Translations under genes and position numbers: made by a program | Origin: an uncultured delta proteobacterium | GTDB taxonomy: Bacteria > Desulfobacterota > Binatia > Binatales > Binataceae | Direction of reading: 5' to 3' | DNA length: 64,000 bases | Assembly: GCA_963710455.1 (NCBI GenBank) | Contig: CAVQAG010000017.1 | Coordinates: 472,149 to 536,148, forward strand | Notes under the pieces: generated by a model | The model's input: only the letters and a program-made list of their open reading frames with translations | The model's database searches: none | Told to the model about the DNA's origin: nothing | In this document: in pieces, positions 1 to 8,933 of the stretch | Layout: every line of letters starts with the position of its first letter | Position numbering within the stretch: the first letter of the stretch is position 1

Positions 1-80
1 TCCGAACTTCAGGCTGAGCGCGGCGCGGCGAGCGCGGCGGCGCCATTAACGCCTCCCGGACCGTTTCAGAGAACACCTCG

Positions 81-1331
81 ATGACTCCTGGGGGCGCCGC
101 AACTCCCTGGCCGGTGGTCATCGCGCACGCCGACATGGACGCTTTTTACGCCTCGGTCGAGCAACTAGACAATCCGGCGCTGCGCGGCCTGCCGGTGATC
201 GTCGGCGGACGCAACCGCCGCGGCGTGGTGACCTCGGCCTCCTACGAGGCGCGCCGTTTCGGAGTGCGTTCGGCAATGCCGGCTCATGAAGCGCACCGGC
301 TTTGTCCGCAGGGCATCTTCGTGCCGGGGCGGATGACGCGTTACGCGGAGGTTTCGCGCGCGGTGCGGGCAGCCTTCGACGAATTCAGCCCGATCGTCGA
401 ACCGCTCTCACTGGACGAAGCTTTTCTCGATCTCACGGGTACGCATCGCGTATTCGCGTCGCCGCTGGAGGTCGGCCGCGCGCTCAAGCGTCGCGTGCAC
501 GAGGCAACCGGCCTTGTAGTGTCGGTCGGAATCGCGCCGACCAAGATGGCGGCCAAGATCTTAAGCGACCTCTCCAAGCCCGACGGCCTGCGGATAGTCG
601 AGCCTTACGAGCTTATCGATTTTCTAATGCCTCTACCGGTCGAGCGGCTATGGGGCGTCGGGCGGGTGACCCTCGAGCGGATGCATCAGGCCGGCATCGC
701 AACGGTCGGCGACCTCGCGCGCGCCGACGTAGCGCAACTCCATTCGATGTTCGGCGCGATGGGGCCGCATCTGCATGAGCTCGCGCTGGGACGCGATCCG
801 CGTGCGGTCGTCGGCGACTATGAGCGCAAGTCTTATGGCGAAGAGAGCACGTTCGAGCACGACCATGCGCTCGACTCGCTCGAGTTGGCGCGAGTGTTGA
901 TCGCGCATTCCGACGCATTGGGGCGGCGGCTGCGCGCCGACCGCGTGCGTGCGCGCACGGTGATCCTCAAACTTAAGCTCGCGCGGCCGCTTGGGCAGGG
1001 CCGCTATCCGATCATAACCCGCAGCCAGTCGCTCGCGGCTCCAACCGACGACGGGGCCGAGATCTCGCGCGTCGCTCGCGCGCTCCTGGAGCGGGTGCGC
1101 GAGCGCGAGCAGGTGCGTCTGGCTGGCGTGCAGGTGCATAACCTGGTGCGCGACGCGCACGCCGCGGCAGGACAACTGGCGCTGTTCGGCGCAAGCGCGC
1201 CCGCCCACGACGCTCGCCGCGACCGGCTCAACCGTGCGCTCGACAGGGTAGCCGAGCGCTTCGGCGAAGAGGCCGTCACTCGCGGTCTCGCCCATGCCGA
1301 GCGCGCCGCTCCCACGCGCCGGATCAAATGA
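81..1331 (+). CDS. dinB: DNA polymerase IV (Y-family)
   Basis: HADMDAFYASVE, SYEARRFGVRSAMP and SLDEAFLD motifs; little-finger domain at C-terminus. Confidence 0.95.
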   Translation: MTPGGAATPWPVVIAHADMDAFYASVEQLDNPALRGLPVIVGGRNRRGVVTSASYEARRFGVRSAMPAHEAHRLCPQGIFVPGRMTRYAEVSRAVRAAFDEFSPIVEPLSLDEAFLDLTGTHRVFASPLEVGRALKRRVHEATGLVVSVGIAPTKMAAKILSDLSKPDGLRIVEPYELIDFLMPLPVERLWGVGRVTLERMHQAGIATVGDLARADVAQLHSMFGAMGPHLHELALGRDPRAVVGDYERKSYGEESTFEHDHALDSLELARVLIAHSDALGRRLRADRVRARTVILKLKLARPLGQGRYPIITRSQSLAAPTDDGAEISRVARALLERVREREQVRLAGVQVHNLVRDAHAAAGQLALFGASAPAHDARRDRLNRALDRVAERFGEEAVTRGLAHAERAAPTRRIK

Positions 1332-1368
1332 CCGCGCCGCGCGCGCTCTCCCTTTATCGGCGCTTACC

Positions 1369-2415
1369 TCAGGCGGGGCAGGCCTCGAGTTGCTCCAGGA
1401 ACAGCGCGTAGCAGTCTCGGTTGGCCGTCGCGCCCATGAAGTTGTCGATATGACCGTAGCCCGGCGTCACGTGCCGGCGATACAGCTTGGGGTCATTGAC
1501 GCTTTGCAGCCACTGGAACGTCCGCTCGGTTGATATGGGCAGATAGCACTGGTTGAGCTCGCCGGAAACGAACGTTATTGGAATGCTTAGGTGTTCGGGA
1601 CGCACGTAGCTCGGCGGCTCGGCGACGCCGTAGCGGCGGAGGTTCTCCGCTGCGCCGTAATCGAACTTCGCCGCCGTGCCGCGCTTGACAATCTGCGCGA
1701 GATGGCGAAAGGCGGTCATGTTGCACGCGCCGAACTGCTCGTTTAGCCGATCGTGAGTGGCGGTATTGAGGCGCTCGTGCCGGTAGAGATGGCCGTACAT
1801 GAAGGTAATGCGATGGCAGACGGTGCTGTTGCATTCGTGGTTGGTCAGGTCGACCACTGCGCCGAACATCTTCTGGAATATCGGATGGCGCGGGTCCTCG
1901 GTCGCGGACAGATACTCCACGCCGACGTCCGCGAACACGTCGCCCAGGTTGAGCATGCACTTTATTTCTGTGGCCGGGGGCGCCGCGTAGTGCAGCGCGA
2001 TTTGCGAGCACGAGACGCATCGCACGTCCGGCAGCCGACCCTCCGCCAGCGCCATGAAGAATGCGCTCGCGCCTGCACAGTGAATCACCGCCTGCACCGA
2101 ATCCGCGCGGGTGTGCTCGCGGATGAAGGCGATAGCAGGAGGAAAATCATTTTCCGCGGCTTGGTCCAGCGTGAACTGGCGAAGCGGCAACTGGATGCTC
2201 GCTCGCCAGTCCAGCAGCCAAGCGTCGTACCCGTTGTTAACCAGGTACTGTATGAAATGCTGGTCGACGGTCGGCAGCAGGAACATCCCGCTCCACACGC
2301 CCGCGCCGTGCACGACAATCACCGGACCTTTATCGCCGCCGCGATAGCGTGCCAGCCGAAGCTCGACACCGTCGGGAGTCGTGATGGGGTAATTTTCAAC
2401 TGCCGGTAGAGTCAT
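1369..2415 (-). CDS. Alpha/beta hydrolase, cholesterol-oxidase-associated type
   Basis: Start moved to ATG 2415 (MTLPAV) after an AGGGAGG RBS; VIVVHG, DAWLLDWRAS, HCAG elbow, GYGHID His motif. Confidence 0.8.
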   Translation of the reverse strand: MTLPAVENYPITTPDGVELRLARYRGGDKGPVIVVHGAGVWSGMFLLPTVDQHFIQYLVNNGYDAWLLDWRASIQLPLRQFTLDQAAENDFPPAIAFIREHTRADSVQAVIHCAGASAFFMALAEGRLPDVRCVSCSQIALHYAAPPATEIKCMLNLGDVFADVGVEYLSATEDPRHPIFQKMFGAVVDLTNHECNSTVCHRITFMYGHLYRHERLNTATHDRLNEQFGACNMTAFRHLAQIVKRGTAAKFDYGAAENLRRYGVAEPPSYVRPEHLSIPITFVSGELNQCYLPISTERTFQWLQSVNDPKLYRRHVTPGYGHIDNFMGATANRDCYALFLEQLEACPA

Positions 2416-2471
2416 CGGGTTCACCTCCCTGCGTCGTTGCGCAATCGAGACTTCGGACGCTTGGCTCGATG

Positions 2472-3125
2472 CTACGGCGACAGTCGCGGTCGCACGAACA
2501 CGTCCCACAGCGTACCCATGAACATGTGCCCGAACTGCGAGAGCGCTTCCGCCTTGCGCGCTGGATCGTCGGTGCCCGAGACCGTGAACGTTCCGAGCTG
2601 CTGCATGAAGTCGGCGACCAGGATGTGCAGGACGCCGCACGCGAGCATACTCCCGGTGCGCTCGTGGCCGGCCCGAATCACCGTGTACAACGTCGAGGTC
2701 GCCCCCCACACGTCGAAACGCCCGTCGTCCCGCACTACTTTGAAACCGTCGAGCAGATAGGGCTGGCCGTCGACGCCGACAAAAGGCAGCGCATAGAGCA
2801 TCCGGCGATCGTACGCGCGGCCCGTTTCGACAAAGAGATTGAACAGCCCATCACGGACCGGCGCGCCGGTGGGGCCGGTGAAGCCGTCGACGCGCACAGT
2901 GCCGTTGGCGACCCCCGGATGCTCGGTGTCGGCGAGGAACACGTCCAAGTCCGGCATCGCGATCGTCAGCGTGAACTCCATGTAGTTGTTAACCTGCTGG
3001 CCGGCGCGCTCGGCCGCTACGTATGCGGCGAGGTCCTCAGGCGCGGGGGGTGCGGCGCCCTTTTGCAGAAAGCCCTTCATGGTTTCGGTGAAGCTCAGTC
3101 GGACCGGGGCGGTTTGCGGCGCCAT
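2472..3125 (-). CDS. Hypothetical protein resembling the middle domain of fused cholesterol-oxidase-like proteins
   Basis: ATG 3125 after AGGAGGAG RBS; LSFTETMKGF, FNLF...RRMLY, WGATSTLY motifs; sits between GMC and hydrolase genes. Confidence 0.7.
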   Translation of the reverse strand: MAPQTAPVRLSFTETMKGFLQKGAAPPAPEDLAAYVAAERAGQQVNNYMEFTLTIAMPDLDVFLADTEHPGVANGTVRVDGFTGPTGAPVRDGLFNLFVETGRAYDRRMLYALPFVGVDGQPYLLDGFKVVRDDGRFDVWGATSTLYTVIRAGHERTGSMLACGVLHILVADFMQQLGTFTVSGTDDPARKAEALSQFGHMFMGTLWDVFVRPRLSP

Positions 3126-3144
3126 AACTCCTCCTGCTGCTCGA

Positions 3145-4782
3145 TCAAATTCCGTCCAACGGATCTCTAATAGGCCGTGCGCTTGCGGCCTCGGGGGCGC
3201 GCCACGCGGCATTGCCGGTGAGCTTACGAATCGCGCGCTCGACGTTACGCTCGGCCACCGCCGCGATGGTATGCGACGGATTTACTCCGGTCGCCGCCGG
3301 TAGCGCGCCGCCGTCGAGCACATAGAGTCCGGGGTAGCCGAAGACCTCGCCGCCCGCGTCGGTGACGCCCTTTGCTTCGTCGTCCGCCATCATGCAGCCG
3401 CCCAGGTTGTGAACCGAGACCGGACGATGAAGCCGCTGCCAGAGCGGGTTGAAGGCGACCGCGCCGCCCATCGCATTGGCTACGTCGGTGCCGAATTGTT
3501 CCTCGGCGGCATAGAGCGTCGCGTTCGAAGCTACGTCCCAGCTCACTCTGAGCACGCGCGTGAGCGGGTCGAGCGCGAGCACGCCATCGGCTCGGTCACG
3601 GCCCATCGCGAGAAACACGGCCGTGTCGTCATGGGGCGGCGCGGTGGAACCAATACGGCCGCGAGCCGCGGCGCTGATGGCCGCGTGCAGCGCGTCGCTT
3701 GAAAGATCGATCACGTCTTTGAGCCATCCGTTGGAAGGATTGAGCAATTGGAGCAGGCCGGCGATCTCTTTTGGATAGCCGCCCTCCTCGAAAATGAACC
3801 ACACGCGGTCGGCGCCGACGCCGCGATCGTAGACGATACCGGTGGTAATCGTGGGTCCTATGGAGGGCGCAAACGGCATCGCGGTGTCGAACGCGAACGC
3901 GAGAAAATCACCGTTGCCCGAATAACCGCGCCCCAGGCGGGCGCTAAGTGCGGGCAAGGTGCCGAACTCGTCGCGGCATCGAAGCAGAAGCTCGGTCGAG
4001 TTGACCGCGCCCGCGCAGAGGAAGACCGTGCGCGCGGCGATCACGCTCTCGGCGCCGCCTGCCGAGTGATTTTTGAAGGTGACTTTGTAGCCGGCGCCTT
4101 CGCGCTCGATGCGTACGGCCTCGCTGAGCGGCGCGACGTCGGCGCGGTGCTGCTCGGCCAGCGCAAGGTAGTTGAGATCGAGGGTGTTCTTCGCGAGCAC
4201 GTTGCATCCGATATCGCATTCGCCGCAGTACGTGCATCCACTCTGCTCGACGCCGAACTTGTTGCGAAGCGCAACGCCGGGCGCGGAAAAATCGACCGCG
4301 ATATTCGGGTAACGAAACTGGGCCTCGCGCCCCAGGCGCTCGGCCGCCTGTTTCATCCACTGGGCCTTGAGCGGGACGCCGAGATGGCTGGAGGCCGTGA
4401 TGGGCGCTATGTCGAGCATGTAAGCGACGAGGTCGTAGTACGGGTCGAGCGCGCCGCGACTGTAGCCGGCCGGCCATCCGCTCTGGAAAAGATCGGCGGG
4501 CGCGCGCAAATGAACGTTGGCGTAGATTAGCGAACCGCCGCCCCATCCGGCACCCTGCACGATTGTCATCTCGCCGAAGGGCCGGACGTCGAACAAGCCC
4601 TGGCCAACGGCCCACTGCCAGCCTTTAATGGGGTCGTTCCAATCGCGCGGGAACTCGCCGCGTCCATAGCGGCGCCCGCGCTCCAGGATGGCAACGTTCA
4701 GTCCGGCCTGCGCCAGGCGGCATCCCGCCACCGCGCCGCCGAAGCCACTGCCGATAACGACCGCGTCGTAACTCGATCGCAT
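3145..4782 (-). CDS. GMC family FAD oxidoreductase (cholesterol oxidase-like)
   Basis: Start MRSSYD at 4782; VVIGSGFGG FAD-binding motif, GGGSLIYANV, CTYCGECDIGC, HNLGGC, NPSHTIAAVAER. Confidence 0.9.
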   Translation of the reverse strand: MRSSYDAVVIGSGFGGAVAGCRLAQAGLNVAILERGRRYGRGEFPRDWNDPIKGWQWAVGQGLFDVRPFGEMTIVQGAGWGGGSLIYANVHLRAPADLFQSGWPAGYSRGALDPYYDLVAYMLDIAPITASSHLGVPLKAQWMKQAAERLGREAQFRYPNIAVDFSAPGVALRNKFGVEQSGCTYCGECDIGCNVLAKNTLDLNYLALAEQHRADVAPLSEAVRIEREGAGYKVTFKNHSAGGAESVIAARTVFLCAGAVNSTELLLRCRDEFGTLPALSARLGRGYSGNGDFLAFAFDTAMPFAPSIGPTITTGIVYDRGVGADRVWFIFEEGGYPKEIAGLLQLLNPSNGWLKDVIDLSSDALHAAISAAARGRIGSTAPPHDDTAVFLAMGRDRADGVLALDPLTRVLRVSWDVASNATLYAAEEQFGTDVANAMGGAVAFNPLWQRLHRPVSVHNLGGCMMADDEAKGVTDAGGEVFGYPGLYVLDGGALPAATGVNPSHTIAAVAERNVERAIRKLTGNAAWRAPEAASARPIRDPLDGI

Positions 4783-4989
4783 CGTTCCCCCTTTGATTTT
4801 CCGAACCGCGCGCCGTTTTGCGCGAGCGACTGGCGCGCTACATCTGCCCGCCGCCCATTTTGCCACGATGTGCGCGAGGAAGCATCCGTTGCGAGCGCAT
4901 TTTGCGGAGCCGCGCATATTTGACCGCGCGGGCCGCCGCAGCATAATGCTAGGTCCAGCTTTTATCCGAATAAGAGGCTAGTTCCCGTC

Positions 4990-6399
4990 ATGGCGGCTGA
5001 GACACTTTTCGAAAAAATTTGGCATAGCCACGTGGTCCGCGAGCAACCCGGCGAGCCCGCCTTGCTCTATATCGATCTGCACCTGGTGCACGAAGTTACG
5101 TCGCCGCAGGCCTTCGAGGCCCTGCGCACCAGCGGTCGCAAGGTACGCGCGCTCGACCGCACCTTCGGCACCCAGGATCACAACGTTCCTACCACCGACC
5201 GCACCAAGCCGATCGCTGATCCCGATTCGGCGGCGCAAATCGAAATGATGCGCCGCAACTGCCGCGAGTTCGGTGTGCGCCTGTTCGACCTCGGCGCACC
5301 CGAGCAGGGCATCGTTCACGTTATCGGACCCGAGTTGGGCCTCACGCAGCCCGGGATGACAATCGTCTGCGGCGACAGCCACACCGCGACCCACGGCGCG
5401 TTCGGTTCGCTTGCGTTCGGTGTCGGCACCAGCGAGGTCGAGCACGTGCTCGCCACGCAGTGCCTGTGGCAGGCCAAGCCGAAGACGCTGGAGATTCGCG
5501 TCGACGGACGGCTAAAGCCCGGCGTGACCGCCAAGGATTTGATCCTTGGAGTGATCGGACGCATCACGACCGACGGCGGCACCGGCTACGTTATCGAATA
5601 TCGCGGCGAGGCGATCGAGGCGCTCTCTATGGAAGAGCGGATGACGGTGAGCAACATGTCGATCGAGGCGGGAGCGCGCGCCGGCATGATCGCAGCGGAT
5701 GCCAAAACCGTCGAGTATCTGCGTGGGCGTCGCTTCGTCGCTACCGGCGCGGACTTCGAGCGGGCGGCCGAGCGTTGGCTCAAATTTCGCACCGACGATG
5801 GCGCGCGTTTCGACAAGAGCATCACGTTCGACGCGGGGGCGTTTGCCCCGCAAGTTACCTGGGGAACAAATCCCGGAATGGTGACCGAGGTCACCGGTAA
5901 AGTGCCCGACCCGGCGAGCCTTAAGAGCCCGGCGGAGCGCCAGGCGGTCGAGCGCGCGCTCGAATACATGGGATTGCAGCCGGGCACGGCTATCCAGGAC
6001 ATCCGCGTCGACCGCGTCTTCATCGGATCGTGCACCAACTCACGTATCGGCGATCTGCGCGCGGCGGCCGAGGTCGTGCGCGGACGCAAAGTGGCCAAGG
6101 GCGTGCACGCGATGGTGGTGCCGGGATCTCAACAGGTCAAAGCTGAAGCCGAGAAGCTCGGACTCGATCGCGTCTTCGCGGAGGCCGGTTTCGAGTGGCG
6201 CGAATCAGGATGCAGCATGTGCCTGGGGATGAACCCGGACATTCTGAAGCCCGGCGAGCGATGCGCGAGCACGTCGAATCGCAACTTCGAGGGACGTCAG
6301 GGCAAGGGCGGACGCACGCATCTGGTGAGCCCGGTGATGGCGGCGGCGGCGGCAGTGACCGGACACTTCGTGGATGTGCGCGAGTGGCCGGCGCACTAG
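4990..6399 (+). CDS. leuC: 3-isopropylmalate dehydratase large subunit
   Basis: [48 protein letters not shown]. Confidence 0.97.
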   Translation: MAAETLFEKIWHSHVVREQPGEPALLYIDLHLVHEVTSPQAFEALRTSGRKVRALDRTFGTQDHNVPTTDRTKPIADPDSAAQIEMMRRNCREFGVRLFDLGAPEQGIVHVIGPELGLTQPGMTIVCGDSHTATHGAFGSLAFGVGTSEVEHVLATQCLWQAKPKTLEIRVDGRLKPGVTAKDLILGVIGRITTDGGTGYVIEYRGEAIEALSMEERMTVSNMSIEAGARAGMIAADAKTVEYLRGRRFVATGADFERAAERWLKFRTDDGARFDKSITFDAGAFAPQVTWGTNPGMVTEVTGKVPDPASLKSPAERQAVERALEYMGLQPGTAIQDIRVDRVFIGSCTNSRIGDLRAAAEVVRGRKVAKGVHAMVVPGSQQVKAEAEKLGLDRVFAEAGFEWRESGCSMCLGMNPDILKPGERCASTSNRNFEGRQGKGGRTHLVSPVMAAAAAVTGHFVDVREWPAH

Positions 6400-6481
6400 T
6401 CGCGTCGTTTTAGTCGGCGATGTGCGCGTACCGCGAAGATAAACAAGGGAATCTAACGCTCGCCGCAAACTGGCGTTCACG

Positions 6482-6513
6482 GCAAGCTAGCGTTCTCGCA
6501 AGCTAGCGTTCTC
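6482..6513. repeat. Perfect 16-bp tandem duplication (GCAAGCTAGCGTTCTC x2)
   Basis: Read directly: 6482-6497 equals 6498-6513; overlaps the stop codon of the 6503-7099 gene. Confidence 0.9.
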
Positions 6514-7099
6514 TATTGATCGGCAGCTTGGCCAGCCGTTTTCCATTGTGCCCGTATAGCGAAAGCGACGGCGCACCGCTACCCGCGACCACCAGTTCCG
6601 CGCGGCCCTCGCCCCGCTCATCGTACAATCCAAGTCCCGCTGCTCCGTCGGCCTTGAGCGCGACCTCCAGCCGCCGCCTGCCACTGGTGTCGTAGAGCAC
6701 TACCGACGGCGCACCGTCGACGCCCAGGCGAAGCGCTGCCCGCGTGCGCCCGCTCGCGTCGGCGAGCGCGAGCGCCGGACCGCCGCCCGCGTCTAGCGAG
6801 AGCGTCGCGCGATGCTCGCCCTGTGAATCGACCAACACGAATTGCTCAGCCGTCACGCTTTTCAACGGCGGCTCGGATCGATCGACCGTCAGCGAATCTG
6901 CTTGCGAATCGATAAGCGAATCGGCCGGCCTCTCGTTCGGCGGCAAGGTTTCTTTGATGCTCTGGACCGCGTCGCGGAAGCGGCCGATAGTCGCCTCGGT
7001 GCTGGTCTCGGGAGCTGTAGGAAGAGCGGCTTCACCAGTCGCATCAACGTCGCCATTGGGCGGCTGCGTACTGTTTATAGCTTTGCCATCGACGCCCAC
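6503..7099 (-). CDS. Hypothetical protein with 23-aa tandem repeats in its C-terminal half
   Basis: About 4.5 repeats of the LxLxDxxGxxRAxLxLxxDGxPx type; start codon uncertain (GTG 7099). Confidence 0.7.
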   Translation of the reverse strand: MGVDGKAINSTQPPNGDVDATGEAALPTAPETSTEATIGRFRDAVQSIKETLPPNERPADSLIDSQADSLTVDRSEPPLKSVTAEQFVLVDSQGEHRATLSLDAGGGPALALADASGRTRAALRLGVDGAPSVVLYDTSGRRRLEVALKADGAAGLGLYDERGEGRAELVVAGSGAPSLSLYGHNGKRLAKLPINRER

Positions 7100-7353
7100 G
7101 AAGCGGAGTCTAGACCGGCTGCGCGGGTCTCACAAGCAGGCCCTCGCGTGACGTTACGCACAGTGCCGCAAGCATTTCAGTGGATACATGAAGCAGCAAA
7201 TCCTTGCCCGGACGATTTAAGTAGGTTACTTACGAAGCGCGTCTTTAATGAGCTTTTCTGGGCGCGACGAACTTGAAATCGCCTACTTCAGCTTTTGCTA
7301 TTCAAGCCGTACGACGCTCGAGATGGGGTGCCCGCGCGAGCGTCGCCGGCATT

Positions 7354-7387
7354 TTGATTGGAACGTGACCTGTTGATTGGAAAGTGA
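7354..7387. promoter_or_regulatory. 15-bp direct repeat (TTGATTGGAA[C/A]GTGA, 19-bp period), putative transcription-factor site
   Basis: 7354-7368 and 7373-7387 differ by one base; lies between divergent genes. Confidence 0.4.
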
Positions 7388-7499
7388 GCTTCAGGCCGCC
7401 CCGAATTCGATCCGCCGCTCGCCGAACCGGGTGCGCCTGTTGGGTTCGAGATTCGCTGGTAGGTGGGAATTTGTATTGCAACTAGGAGGAGGCAGGAAG

Positions 7500-8000
7500 T
7501 TGGACGAATCATTCATTTCTCTTCAACCCGACCAGGCAGTCGCCAAAGTGTTCGACCCGATGAAGTCGGCCGAGGATACGCTCGCCCGGCTGGCCAAGGT
7601 GCTGGAGCCGATGGGCCAGTTGGCGCAGTTGGCCGACGTCTTCGAGCCGATCAGAACCTTCCAGGAAGAATTGGCGGACGTGGCCGCGGCCTTTGAACCG
7701 ATAAAGGGCTTCCACAGCCATCTGGAGAATCTGGCCAACCGTTTCGAACCGATGCGGGCGTTCCAGAGCCAGCTCGAACGAGTGGCCGAGGCTTTTCACG
7801 AACAGCTTGTGCAGTTGGCCTCCGCGATGGAACCGGCGACGGCGTTTCAAGATCAGTTGCAGCATCTGATCAAAGCGTTTGAGCCGGCCAAGGCGCTGCA
7901 GCGCCGCTTCGTCGAATTGTCGCGCGCATTCAGCGCCAACGGCGCTGGCAGTGCCAACGGTAACAGCGCGCACAACGGCAAGGCTGCGGCCGAGGCCTGA
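7500..8000 (+). CDS. Hypothetical helical-repeat protein (17-aa FEP repeats)
   Basis: TTG 7500 after AGGAGGAGG RBS (alternative ATG 7560); recurring [VAR][FLM][DE]P every ~17 aa. Confidence 0.75.
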   Translation: MDESFISLQPDQAVAKVFDPMKSAEDTLARLAKVLEPMGQLAQLADVFEPIRTFQEELADVAAAFEPIKGFHSHLENLANRFEPMRAFQSQLERVAEAFHEQLVQLASAMEPATAFQDQLQHLIKAFEPAKALQRRFVELSRAFSANGAGSANGNSAHNGKAAAEA

Positions 8001-8295
8001 TCGCCAATGCGGGGCCGCGATAGCCCCGGTTCGTCCCATAAGTCACGGCCCCGACACGTCGCGATAACGATGAGCGTGCGTCGTTCGGATAGTCGCGCCG
8101 CGCATGGAGGTTGAAGTCCCGCGCGTGTGGGTCCGTCCACGTGTCAGCTCGTACGGCTAATTTGGCCGGTTGCCTAGCTGTGCTATTGAAGTCGGCTCCG
8201 GCAAATGGCGCCGCTTTGTGCCGGCATTGCCGGCAGTTCTCCTCTGCTGATAGGGTTTCGCTACTGATTAGACTTTCTGGGGAGTAAAGCGCGCG

Positions 8296-8886
8296 ATGCA
8301 ACCGTTCAAGAATTTCACCGGCTTGGTCGCTCCGATGGATCGGTCCAACGTCGACACCGACCAGGTGATTCCCAAGCAGTTCTTAAAGGCCGTGGTGCGT
8401 AGCGGCCTTGGCAAGGGGCTCTTCTTCGACTGGCGCAATCAACCGGACAAGGGTTACGTGCTCGATGAGCCGCGTTTCAAGGGCGCATTGATCCTGGTCG
8501 CGCGGGCCAATTTCGGATGTGGTTCCTCACGCGAGCATGCGGTGTGGGCACTGACCGATTTCGGCTTCAAGGCGGCGATCGCAACGTCGTTCGCGGACAT
8601 CTTCCGCAACAACTCGCTCAAGAACGGCTTCCTGCCGATAATCCTCAAACCCGAAGAGGTGGATGCCGTCTTCGCGGCGATTAAGCGGCATGACAGCTAT
8701 GAACTGACTATCGATCTTCGCGCGCAGACGGTCTCGGACAAGTTCGGATGGTCGGCGCACTTCGATATCGATCCATTCCCCAAGAAATGTTTTCTCGAGG
8801 GGCTCGACGACGTGGCGCTGACGCTTACCCATGATAAAGAGATCGCGGCTTACGAGAAAAACCATCCGGCGCTGTATCGCCTGTAG
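8296..8886 (+). CDS. leuD: 3-isopropylmalate dehydratase small subunit
   Basis: NVDTDQVIPKQFLK, NFGCGSSREHA, SFADIFRNN. Confidence 0.96.
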   Translation: MQPFKNFTGLVAPMDRSNVDTDQVIPKQFLKAVVRSGLGKGLFFDWRNQPDKGYVLDEPRFKGALILVARANFGCGSSREHAVWALTDFGFKAAIATSFADIFRNNSLKNGFLPIILKPEEVDAVFAAIKRHDSYELTIDLRAQTVSDKFGWSAHFDIDPFPKKCFLEGLDDVALTLTHDKEIAAYEKNHPALYRL

Positions 8887-8933
8887 AGCGTAGCCATGCG
8901 TGATGGCCGCTGTGCGGCTGCTATAATCGCGCC

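Noticed and set aside
3125-3147. Sec or read-through fusion of the GMC gene (ends in TGA) with the next gene
   Set aside because: The next gene is in a different frame and has its own AGGAGGAG RBS.
8010-8053. Hairpin CGGGGCCG/CGGCCCCG after the 17-mer-repeat gene as a novel RNA
   Set aside because: Adequately explained as a 3'-end stem; a single hairpin in GC-rich DNA is weak evidence.
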